From the IMG/VR virus record IMGVR_UViG_3300035490_000346, positions 1 through 62,625 of that record: a stretch of DNA of 62,625 nt. One strand, written 5' to 3'. Position 1 is the stretch's first letter. Each line of letters starts with the position of its first letter. A program made the translations under genes and the position numbers. The notes under the pieces are model-generated. The model was not told the origin of the DNA. It worked only from the letters and a program-made list of their open reading frames with translations, and made no database searches. Positions 55,389 to 62,625 of this stretch are shown here, in pieces. Source of the stretch: a virus (Duplodnaviria > Caudoviricetes).

Positions 55389-55429
55389 GGGTAGTATACA
55401 CCGTTCTACACGGGCTCGGGCAGGGATTC
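55389..55429 (-). promoter_or_regulatory. Class E promoter
   Basis: GAATCCC-N10-CGTGTAGAACGGTGTATACT. Confidence 0.8.
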
Positions 55430-55603
55430 CAGGTCCCCCTGCAAGGCCACCCTGGCCGCCGGGCCGTAGTAGTTCCTCACCAGGCTCCCCACCGCCTCGT
55501 GTACCGACATGTGCCAGGAGAAGTACCCGTCCTGCCCCTCCTGGAGCAGCGCCACCAGGCGCTCGGCGTCCCTGAGCATGCCCTTCCTGCGGTCGTCCTC
55601 CAT
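55406..55603 (-). CDS. Hypothetical protein
   Basis: GAGGAGG RBS; TGATG overlap. Confidence 0.6.
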   Translation of the reverse strand: MEDDRRKGMLRDAERLVALLQEGQDGYFSWHMSVHEAVGSLVRNYYGPAARVALQGDLESLPEPV

Positions 55604-55812
55604 CAGTCCCTCCTCGGGAAGTCCGCCTCGAAGTCCCGGTCGTTGATGTCGTGGTAAAGCTCCCACACCTGGCCCTTTACCTCCTTGTCCCAGTCCAGGG
55701 CCTTGAAGTTCGTCTCCGGCCTGGGGGCCTCCAGGAGCCCGACCAGGGTCCTGGCGTGCCTGAGCATGGACTCCCTGCGGGTCCCAGCCCTCAGCGATTT
55801 CTCGTCCATCAT
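55603..55812 (-). CDS. Hypothetical protein
   Basis: GGAGG RBS. Confidence 0.65.
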   Translation of the reverse strand: MMDEKSLRAGTRRESMLRHARTLVGLLEAPRPETNFKALDWDKEVKGQVWELYHDINDRDFEADFPRRD

Positions 55813-55821
55813 GCCCTCCCT

Positions 55822-56007
55822 CTACCAGCGCCTTGCCAGCTCGATGACGACCGCCAGGGCCAGCAGCACCCCTACCTCCCAGCGGTGGAACAGGTGGGAC
55901 GCCACGATGCAGAACGCCACGAAGGCCACTGTCCCCACCAGCGCGGACTCCACCCTGCTCTTGAGCGACTTGAAATGGGCCGGTACCACTACCTTGTCGT
56001 CTATCAT
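55822..56007 (-). CDS. Small two-TM protein
   Basis: Hydrophobic; AGGAGG RBS. Confidence 0.6.
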   Translation of the reverse strand: MIDDKVVVPAHFKSLKSRVESALVGTVAFVAFCIVASHLFHRWEVGVLLALAVVIELARRW

Positions 56008-56019
56008 AGCGCTATCCTC

Positions 56020-56286
56020 CTAGCGTTGATGCGGCCCGCCTGTGCAGTAGCACATGGCCTTGCCGCTCGCCTTCGCCTTCCTCAGGCGCTCCTCCCTGCG
56101 GGCCTCGGCGGCTATCTGGTTAGCCCGGTTCCACATCTGCGCCCAGGATATGCTTACCTCGTGCCTGCACCCCTTGGGGCGCAGCCTCAGCCCCCATGCC
56201 TCCACGTGGGCCACCAGGAGGCGCTTCCCCACGAGGAGCGGCGTCTCCAGGCACAGCCTGGTCTTGCGCCTCAGTATGCTGGTCAT
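56020..56286 (-). CDS. Basic hypothetical protein
   Basis: GGAGG RBS. Confidence 0.65.
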   Translation of the reverse strand: MTSILRRKTRLCLETPLLVGKRLLVAHVEAWGLRLRPKGCRHEVSISWAQMWNRANQIAAEARREERLRKAKASGKAMCYCTGGPHQR

Positions 56287-56295
56287 CGGCCCTCC

Positions 56296-56595
56296 CTATT
56301 CTATGGTCATCACCACGAAGCCCTTGTCCTCCAGCATCACGGTCACTACCGTGCCGGGGGGAAGGGGGCCTGTACAGTGCCATACGGACGCATGGCAGTG
56401 CCCCTTGGGGAATGCCATGGCCCTGAACCACGTCGTCCCCCTGTCGTCCGTGACGCTCGCTATGGGGAGACGGCTCCTGAACACCAGGACAGTCGCATCC
56501 TGCGGCCCCTGGTGCTTCCACCACTCGACCTTTACCCCTGCCCCGGTGTCCTGCATGTGCCCCCAGGACACGAGGCGGTTGCCGTTGCTAGGCAT
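56296..56595 (-). CDS. Hypothetical protein
   Basis: Operon packing. Confidence 0.5.
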   Translation of the reverse strand: MPSNGNRLVSWGHMQDTGAGVKVEWWKHQGPQDATVLVFRSRLPIASVTDDRGTTWFRAMAFPKGHCHASVWHCTGPLPPGTVVTVMLEDKGFVVMTIE

Positions 56596-56974
56596 GCCTG
56601 CGGTCCCCCGGCGCGTCCCCTGGGAGGTATGCCTCCAGGTCCTTGACCATCTGCACGACAGTGTTGCACATGTCGATGTCGAACCACCCCTCCTCCGGCA
56701 CGGGCCGGACGGAGTAGCTGCGCAGCTTGCCGGACATCTTGAGGCGCTCCAGGCCCGCCGTGAACTCCTGGTACTCGTCGTAGTTGAGCATGGCCCCGAA
56801 CACCCGCTCCTCGTCCGCCATGGCGACCTTCGCCCTGGAGCCGAGCAGCAGCCTCGTCTCGAAGAGGCAGATGTCGTCCGTCACCCTCATGGCCTCCAGG
56901 ACAAGCTCGTCCATCCCCTGCCGTCCCCCCGCGAAGGGGAACTTCGCCTTGCCGTCGCTGCCTGCCTTGTCCAT
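56588..56974 (-). CDS. Hypothetical protein
   Basis: GGAGG RBS. Confidence 0.7.
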   Translation of the reverse strand: MDKAGSDGKAKFPFAGGRQGMDELVLEAMRVTDDICLFETRLLLGSRAKVAMADEERVFGAMLNYDEYQEFTAGLERLKMSGKLRSYSVRPVPEEGWFDIDMCNTVVQMVKDLEAYLPGDAPGDRRHA

Positions 56975-56992
56975 CTTGCCCTCCCTCGCTGC

Positions 56993-57076
56993 CTAGTGCC
57001 TGATGTAGTAGTCGGCTAGGATGATAACCACACCGAGAAGCAGTATGCCCCCGATTACCAGGGCGGCGTAGCCCAT
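56993..57076 (-). CDS. 27-aa single-TM peptide
   Basis: Hand-translated MGYAALVIGGILLLGVVIILADYYIRH; GGAGG RBS. Confidence 0.55.
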   Translation of the reverse strand: MGYAALVIGGILLLGVVIILADYYIRH

Positions 57077-57088
57077 TGTTGTCCTCCC

Positions 57089-57421
57089 TCAGTACCAGTC
57101 GTACGTCAGCTCGTTGACCAGCTTCTTTATCTCCCCGCCGATAACGGCCGCCAGGGCAGGGGAGATAATCTCGCCCTCGGGGTAGTCCTGCCCGTTTGCC
57201 AGCCTGTAGAGCCGCTTGATGATGCGGATGGTCGTGGCATCGACGTACTCCTCCCACTCCGGCTCGAACCCGTCGCTCGGCTTGCGCACGTCTATCCACC
57301 TCATGCCCTCGCCGATGGTGCCGGTCACCATGTCTGTCCTTTTGAGCACGCCGCACCTTGCCGTCCCGCACGGCACGCAGTTGAACTCGCTATGGGGGTG
57401 CTGCCTTTTCTTAGCTGCCAT
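57089..57421 (-). CDS. Hypothetical protein
   Basis: GC3-rich. Confidence 0.65.
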   Translation of the reverse strand: MAAKKRQHPHSEFNCVPCGTARCGVLKRTDMVTGTIGEGMRWIDVRKPSDGFEPEWEEYVDATTIRIIKRLYRLANGQDYPEGEIISPALAAVIGGEIKKLVNELTYDWY

Positions 57422-57674
57422 GCCTCATCTCCCACAGGCCCTTCGCCTGTACTGCCCTGATGGTGCGCCTGAGCGCCTCTGCCTCGCTGCGCCCCCTGCG
57501 CCGGACCCTTACCCCGTGGTAGGGGGCCTTGGGGTCGGGGTGCGGGGTCAGCTCTGCCTCCGCCGCCCACCGCCAGCACCTTCCCCACCTGGGCAGGCGC
57601 TCCGTGCTCAGCACCAGGCGCTTGCCCCCCCGCCGCAGCCGGGCACGCTCCCCCATCGCGTGGCGGTACCTCAT
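57411..57674 (-). CDS. Basic hypothetical protein
   Basis: GAGG RBS; ATGA overlap. Confidence 0.5.
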   Translation of the reverse strand: MRYRHAMGERARLRRGGKRLVLSTERLPRWGRCWRWAAEAELTPHPDPKAPYHGVRVRRRGRSEAEALRRTIRAVQAKGLWEMRHGS

Positions 57675-57886
57675 AGCCTCTCCGTCATCTCGAACACGCA
57701 CAGGGCCTCATCGAGGCCGCAGTCGCAGTCCCAGGGAGGAGAGCGGAAGCCCCGCCTTTTGCTGCAAGTCGGCGTGTGCATCGCCCAGTCCTTGAGCTTC
57801 ACTGCCGCCGCCAGCCTGCTGCGCAGCTTCCCGTTCTCGTCCTCAGTGCTTCCCCTTGCCGACCTGCACGGCCCCGGCCTGCTCAT
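57671..57886 (-). CDS. Hypothetical zinc-binding protein
   Basis: H..TC...CDCGL. Confidence 0.55.
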   Translation of the reverse strand: MSRPGPCRSARGSTEDENGKLRSRLAAAVKLKDWAMHTPTCSKRRGFRSPPWDCDCGLDEALCVFEMTERL

Positions 57887-58298
57887 AGTGCGCTTCCTCC
57901 AGCCTCTCGGCGCATGCCCTTGCCGACCCTGCCGAGCGGAAGCAGACCACGCCCCCCTCGCTCCCTGTCGGCGTGTAGCGGCTCCCGTCCCTGTACAGCC
58001 AGTATACCCTCAGGCCGAGGATGGGGCCCTTGACCATCCACCTGCTCCTCCCCCTGGTGGATGTCCATCCCCACGGGTTCTTCCTCCAGCCGAGCCTCTT
58101 CCGGCGCTCCCGGTAGCGCCGGTAGCACTCGGGGCAGTCCAGCCCCGGCTCGAACCAGTCCCGCAGCCAGGGCATCCGCCCCGTCCCCTTGCCGCACAGG
58201 GTGCTGCTCTCCCCGGACGCCACCAGGTGCCCGGACCTGCCGCCCGTGCTGACCACGGCATAGTGAAGTAGGTCTACTTCTTCTCTTGCTTTAGCCAT
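57843..58298 (-). CDS. Hypothetical protein
   Basis: H...TLCG...CPEC. Confidence 0.55.
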   Translation of the reverse strand: MAKAREEVDLLHYAVVSTGGRSGHLVASGESSTLCGKGTGRMPWLRDWFEPGLDCPECYRRYRERRKRLGWRKNPWGWTSTRGRSRWMVKGPILGLRVYWLYRDGSRYTPTGSEGGVVCFRSAGSARACAERLEEAHYEQAGAVQVGKGKH

Positions 58299-58432
58299 TC
58301 CCTGTACTCCAGGTCGTACTTGTGGCAGGCATCGCTACAGTAGGCCTTGTCCCCCTTCACCGTGTTGATGCCGCAGTAAAGGCATACCCGCACTTCCTTC
58401 CTGCGCTTCTTCTCTTTCTTCTCTGGTCTCAC
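58274..58432 (-). CDS. 52-aa zinc-ribbon protein
   Basis: Hand-translated CLYCG...YCSDAC; GGAGG RBS. Confidence 0.55.
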   Translation of the reverse strand: MRPEKKEKKRRKEVRVCLYCGINTVKGDKAYCSDACHKYDLEYREWLKQEKK

Positions 58433-58442
58433 GTTGCCTCCG

Positions 58443-58622
58443 TTATGTGGCCTCCGGCTCTACCTCGGCCTCGTCCTCTATGAACTCGGCGAGCCTGTCC
58501 ACGGCGTCCTCAAGCGTCCCGAACCCGATAGTGTCCCCCGGCACCGCCATGTAGAGCCTGTGCAGGCGGCTGAGAATCTCGTTGGCCTCGTTGTAGTGCT
58601 CCCGGCTGATGGGCCTCTCCAT
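58443..58622 (-). CDS. Hypothetical protein
   Basis: AGGAGG RBS; TAATG overlap. Confidence 0.6.
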   Translation of the reverse strand: MERPISREHYNEANEILSRLHRLYMAVPGDTIGFGTLEDAVDRLAEFIEDEAEVEPEAT

Positions 58623-58978
58623 TACAGGGCCTCCTGGTAGATGTCGATGAAGGTGGGCTGCGAGGGGGCATCGGTGCTGCCGCTCCAGCCCAGGGCAACG
58701 GCGAACGCCACGATCTTGGGGAAGGACGCGGCGTGCCGCCTGCCCTTCCTGTCCAGCCTGTGCATCAGCGCCAGCGGCAGGGCACGGTGGTCCTTGAACA
58801 CCATCCTGCCCGTCAGGGAGTTGTAGGCCACCCATCCTGGGAGCATCCAGAAGCACTGGTGGGCGCAGACGCCGCTTCCAGGGGCCATCTCACGGGTGCA
58901 GCCGCACACGGCGCAGCGGGGCTGCCCTACGCCCCTCTGCCCGACCGCCTTGACCGTGTAGCGCTGCGATTGGCTCAT
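58622..58978 (-). CDS. Hypothetical zinc-binding protein
   Basis: GAGGAG RBS; CAVCGCT...C...CFW. Confidence 0.6.
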   Translation of the reverse strand: MSQSQRYTVKAVGQRGVGQPRCAVCGCTREMAPGSGVCAHQCFWMLPGWVAYNSLTGRMVFKDHRALPLALMHRLDRKGRRHAASFPKIVAFAVALGWSGSTDAPSQPTFIDIYQEAL

Positions 58979-59304
58979 AGCTCCTCGCTGCAAAGGCAGG
59001 GGGTCCCGCCGAAGAGCCGGAGGCCACATAACGGACGGATAGCCCTCTTGGCCTTCTTCCTCCGTGGCTTCCGCTTCTTGCCAGGGCATCCCAGGAGGTC
59101 CTCTTCCTTCCAGACCATCGTCTCGTGGAAGCATCCCAGGAAGTCGATCTTGACGACCTTTCCCTTCCTCTTGAAGCCAGCGAAGAGGGCGTTCTGGATG
59201 CGGACGAACTCCGACATGGTCATCATCCGCTCCCCACGGACGCTTACCAGGAGGTCCTGGGTATCCTTGCCTTCCAGCCTTACCCTGAATGCCCTTATTG
59301 CCAT
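58975..59304 (-). CDS. Hypothetical protein
   Basis: Own promoter and GGGGAG. Confidence 0.6.
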   Translation of the reverse strand: MAIRAFRVRLEGKDTQDLLVSVRGERMMTMSEFVRIQNALFAGFKRKGKVVKIDFLGCFHETMVWKEEDLLGCPGKKRKPRRKKAKRAIRPLCGLRLFGGTPCLCSEEL

Positions 59305-59319
59305 CGGTAGCTCCCCCTG

Positions 59320-59361
59320 GCACTACTATACACCAGGATACATCCTTCCCTGTCAGGATTC
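59320..59361 (-). promoter_or_regulatory. Class E promoter
   Basis: GAATCCT-N10-GATGTATCCTGGTGTATAGT. Confidence 0.8.
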
Positions 59362-59501
59362 TGCCTCGCTTCCATATAGTTACCCTTCAAGCGCCACCCG
59401 CCCTTCCACGCTGATTCTGAAAGCCCCGGAAAAAATTGAATTAGTTGACACGAAACAACCCATACCTTTTACGCTGGCCAATCAGGGCTGCTGGCAGGAT
59501 T

Positions 59502-60047
59502 CTAGGGTAGGTCCAGGCTGGTAGGGGCAGGGTCCAGGCCCGTGTAGCCGTCATCGAGGGGCTGCGGGGTCCCGCCCAGGAAGGCGTCCACGGTGTCGTC
59601 CAGGGAGCCGTGGTGCCTGAAGCGCTCGGGGAATATCCCCTTGTACCTCTCCCGCTCCTCCTGGGTATAGCTCTTCCACCGCCTCATGAAGTCGTCGAAG
59701 TCCGTGGGGGGCGGCTCCTGCCTTATCCCCCACCACTCTTTCAGGTTGACCTGCCTCGGCAGGCCTTCCTCGGGCTTGGCGGGCTTGGGGTTCACCCTCT
59801 CAATCTCGGTCCCCACGGTCATGATGTACTGCCCTCTCCCGAAGATAGTGAACGACGTCCCGAACTCCAGGTACCAGCCCTGCGGGGACTCGGCCTCGTC
59901 AGGGACAGTCCTCGGGGTCCTCAGCCACCTGTCAAGCTCCTGCTGCATGGTGTACTGGAAACGGCGCTTGTTCATGCTCTTGTCAAGGTGCGCCCTTACG
60001 TCGGCAGGGTATTTCCTCAGGTCGGTTTCTAGGTTAATCACTGACAT
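59502..60047 (-). CDS. Hypothetical protein
   Basis: GC3-rich 181-aa ORF. Confidence 0.7.
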   Translation of the reverse strand: MSVINLETDLRKYPADVRAHLDKSMNKRRFQYTMQQELDRWLRTPRTVPDEAESPQGWYLEFGTSFTIFGRGQYIMTVGTEIERVNPKPAKPEEGLPRQVNLKEWWGIRQEPPPTDFDDFMRRWKSYTQEERERYKGIFPERFRHHGSLDDTVDAFLGGTPQPLDDGYTGLDPAPTSLDLP

Positions 60048-60219
60048 CGAAGGTGAGTTCTACTATGAACCTTGTGACGGCAAGACTCTCCGGGGAATCC
60101 TCGGCATAGCTGTCACGCAACTGGAAGAGGGCCTTTGCCTTCTCGGCCTTGGTGGTGTTCTTGTCAGAGGCAATCCTGGCTGCCTTCTTCTCGGCGGCGG
60201 TCTTGCTGATGTCTGCCAT
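60034..60219 (-). CDS. Hypothetical protein
   Basis: Own promoter; GGAGG. Confidence 0.6.
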   Translation of the reverse strand: MADISKTAAEKKAARIASDKNTTKAEKAKALFQLRDSYAEDSPESLAVTRFIVELTFDVSD

Positions 60220-60226
60220 GGTGTCT

Positions 60227-60290
60227 CCCTCCACCTATATAATACATCAAAAAGCTGCTTTCCCGGAGGGATTCTACACGTGGATACACG
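60227..60290 (-). promoter_or_regulatory. Class E promoter variant
   Basis: GTGTATCCACGTGTA-GAATCCC-N23-TATTAT-ATAGGTGGAGGG. Confidence 0.7.
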
Positions 60291-60293
60291 CCG

Positions 60294-60437
60294 TTATGGC
60301 TTTTTCTCTGCGGGCTTATCCGGCTTCCTCTCAGGCACTTCCGCCTCTTCCCCCCGCCTGTAGCACTTCGGGCAGCGCTCCAGCCTTGCGATGCTGCTCC
60401 CGCAGCCGGGGCAGACGCTCCCTATCGAGTATGGCAT
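60294..60437 (-). CDS. 47-aa zinc-ribbon peptide
   Basis: Hand-translated CPGC...CPKC; GGAGG RBS. Confidence 0.5.
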   Translation of the reverse strand: MPYSIGSVCPGCGSSIARLERCPKCYRRGEEAEVPERKPDKPAEKKP

Positions 60438-60449
60438 GCTTGCCTCCCC

Positions 60450-61364
60450 TCAGTCGTACCAGCACCGTGCATAGCTCTCCGATGCCTCGAACTCGTCGGC
60501 CCTGCCGAAGGCCTTATAGAAGGCCAGCTTCTCCCTTGCCCCTATCCGCCCCGCCTTCTCCAGGCCCTCGACGGAGACGCGCATGTCCTCCCTCTCCGGG
60601 GAGACCGCGTAGCCGTGCGCCGTCCAGGAGGGGTGCTTGCGCAGGAACTCCAGGAAGGCGGTATTGCCAGGGCAGTCGTTCCATGGCTCCCCGTTGGCGA
60701 ACCCCAGGCGGGTCAGCCTCTCCAGCGCCTTCAGGGTCAGCCCCTTGAAGCTGCGCACGCCCCCGATGCCGCTGCTGCTGTACCCGAGGCGCTGCTTGTA
60801 GTAGGCATCGGACTTGGCGAAGAAGGGGGCCAGTATCAGGTCCCTCTTGGCCGGCGGCGGGGTTAGGCGCTTCCTCACCTGCCTGTCCAGGGCGGCCTCC
60901 CATGCTACCCCTGCCTTGACCAGCCTCTCTGTCTGCGGCATGTTGAACTGGTAGGTGTCCATGTCGGGCAGGGCCAGCACGCCGTGTGTCAGGACGCAGC
61001 GCTCGCACTGGCGGGCACACCACTTGTTCATCTTCTCTGCCGTCTTCGGCCTCCAGGGGGGCTTGGCGTCCCCCCCCTCGTAGGTACGGGGGTCGGCAGG
61101 GGCCTTACCCAGGAGGCGGTCCGGGATGTAGGCGTGGTTGTCGGGGTCCGTCTCCTCGTCCCTCCTGAGGAACAACGGGGGGTCCTCGTCCCCTACCTCC
61201 TGTATATCGCCTGGGGTGCCGATGCCGACAAGGCTCCCCCCGGAGTCGAAGTACACGCGGGGGCGGCACTGGATGCCCCAGGCCTTGCGGCAGTTGTTGT
61301 CGCACCCTATCCTTGCGTCCTGCCCGAAGTAGACGATATGCTTGTCAATCACGGGGCCTCCCAC
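60450..61364 (-). CDS. Hypothetical two-domain protein (Cys-rich N-half)
   Basis: CD.NC.KAWG...NKWC.RQCERC, then an unrelated C-terminal domain. Confidence 0.7.
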   Translation of the reverse strand: MGGPVIDKHIVYFGQDARIGCDNNCRKAWGIQCRPRVYFDSGGSLVGIGTPGDIQEVGDEDPPLFLRRDEETDPDNHAYIPDRLLGKAPADPRTYEGGDAKPPWRPKTAEKMNKWCARQCERCVLTHGVLALPDMDTYQFNMPQTERLVKAGVAWEAALDRQVRKRLTPPPAKRDLILAPFFAKSDAYYKQRLGYSSSGIGGVRSFKGLTLKALERLTRLGFANGEPWNDCPGNTAFLEFLRKHPSWTAHGYAVSPEREDMRVSVEGLEKAGRIGAREKLAFYKAFGRADEFEASESYARCWYD

Positions 61365-61367
61365 ATA

Positions 61368-61628
61368 CTAGCGCTCCTGGTTCCACCACTTCCAGATGCC
61401 CGTGCCGTAGACGGCTGTCAAGACCGCCTCGAAGCACCAGTGGTCGCTGTCGCCATCGTCCCGTTTCTCGGCGTGCTGCTGGACCATCTCCCTTGCCAGC
61501 TTCACGATGCCGTCCATGTTCGGCCTGAGGAGCGGCTCCGGGGGCTTATCCGCCTCCTGCTTCCGCCGCTCCAGCTCGGCCTTTAGCTCTGCATCGCTTA
61601 CCCCTACCAGACGTCCGTTTCTTGCCAT
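61368..61628 (-). CDS. Hypothetical protein
   Basis: GGAGG RBS. Confidence 0.7.
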   Translation of the reverse strand: MARNGRLVGVSDAELKAELERRKQEADKPPEPLLRPNMDGIVKLAREMVQQHAEKRDDGDSDHWCFEAVLTAVYGTGIWKWWNQER

Positions 61629-61641
61629 GATATCTGCCTCC

Positions 61642-61836
61642 CTATTCAGGCTTCGGGGGCCTCGCCAGCTCCTCCCGTATCCTCAGCGCCAGGACGGCGC
61701 ACCGCCCGGACTCCTGCTCGTTGAAGGCCTCCTGTATGGTGCTCCACCCGCCGCTGTGCAGCGTGTCGTTCCAGGCCTTCAGCTCCAGCGAGAGCCTCTC
61801 CAGCTTCCTCGCTGTCTCCTCCATCAGTTCCCTCAT
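61642..61836 (-). CDS. Hypothetical protein
   Basis: AAGGAG RBS; ATGA overlap. Confidence 0.6.
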   Translation of the reverse strand: MRELMEETARKLERLSLELKAWNDTLHSGGWSTIQEAFNEQESGRCAVLALRIREELARPPKPE

Positions 61837-62528
61837 GCTGTCTCCTTCCTCCGCTCGGCCTCCTGCCTGGCAAGCTGCTCCATGGCCATGTGCTCGCCCC
61901 CGCAGGTCCAGTTTGTCCAGCAGGCCCGGCAGCTCGGTAGGAATACCTTCTCCATCCGCAGCCGGATAGCCTCAAGCTCCTCGAACCCCCACCACAGGTA
62001 GCCCATGGGCCACGCCCCGAACTCGCAGAACGTCACCCTGCCGTCCTCCAGCACTGTCATCGACCTCCTGGACCGGTGGGCGGCACAGTAGGCGGAGAAC
62101 ATGGTAAGAACCGGGTCGCCGAGGTAGTTGTCGTACGCCCGGCCAACAGGGGCGATGGCCCGTGCCTCCTCCTCCGGGTCCTTGGTGGCGGTAAACCCCC
62201 AGTCGTCGTCGAACCTGACCTGGGACTTGAGCCACCCCATGGCCCTGTCGCCTACCCCTGCCGGGTGCATGCGGTCACGGCTTATGCCGAGGTAGACAGG
62301 GGGGCCTCCGCCTGCCAGCCCGCGCACGGCGCTGACCAGCCTCTCCCTTGCCTTCTTGTTGTTGACCCACCAGCCGTTGGTCACGATGCGCAGGGGGACG
62401 AAGTGGAGGGCGTCCAGGAGCCCCTCGTAGTCGGGCAGGAGGGTGACCTCGCCGCCCATGACGTTCAGCCAGGCCACCTGGCCCTCGAAGCACGGGCGCA
62501 CCTGCCTGGCGATGCCCAGGGGCATCAC
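61833..62528 (-). pseudogene. Radical SAM/SPASM-like protein lacking the N-terminal CxxxCxxC
   Basis: MGGE, IVTNG, ISRD..H, P.GRA, DG.V..C, C..C; in-frame TGA near 62620 and no Cys triad upstream. Confidence 0.6.
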
Positions 62529-62625
62529 GTCGGTCCGCCTGAGGCCAGCCGCACCCTGGGCATACGCCGAGGCGGGCAGCAGGGGCCTTCCTCTTCTTCC
62601 TGGCGGGGGCCTTCTTCCTCACTCG

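Noticed and set aside
1-62625. Stop-codon reassignment
   Set aside because: Conserved genes are intact in the standard code and end at TAA, TAG and TGA
1-62625. tRNA/tmRNA genes
   Set aside because: No cloverleaf with a T-loop consensus seen in intergenic regions by eye; tRNAscan-SE/ARAGORN would be decisive

Overview
This window looks like part of a large, GC-rich myovirus (contractile-tailed phage) genome. Protein style (Big_3 Ig repeats, a secreted PEGA protein) suggests an Acidobacteria-like host, but that is inference. 0-14.7 kb (+) holds early/middle genes: MazG-like and HD proteins, a UvrD helicase, a membrane pair, an NAD+ salvage pair (NadM-Nudix + NAMPT) and an RNA ligase. 14.8-51.8 kb is the virion module (neck proteins, sheath, tube, prohead protease, scaffold, decoration protein, major capsid, Ig-rich fibre, several mosaic head-associated proteins). 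It is interrupted by promoter-led cassettes, including a Ku + ATP-dependent ligase pair, and by a GIY-YIG endonuclease. 52.6-62.6 kb (-) holds small early genes, an EndoVII-like nuclease and a truncated radical SAM gene. Best candidate for an undescribed system: late, mosaic 'cargo polyproteins' whose domains are separated by K/R-x-A/G sites and that share short tags (SPLL/NPLL, VTDRD, KTAQPVP). Their apparent payloads include an ADP-ribosyltransferase, a histidine phosphatase, a TPR domain and a divergent sigma-factor-like domain. Two non-canonical promoter classes can be read directly from the DNA, as can a highly structured ~190-nt RNA at the window start. No terminase, portal, tape measure, DNA polymerase, tRNA or CRISPR array was recognised. 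All protein calls come from motif recognition by eye; no searches were run.
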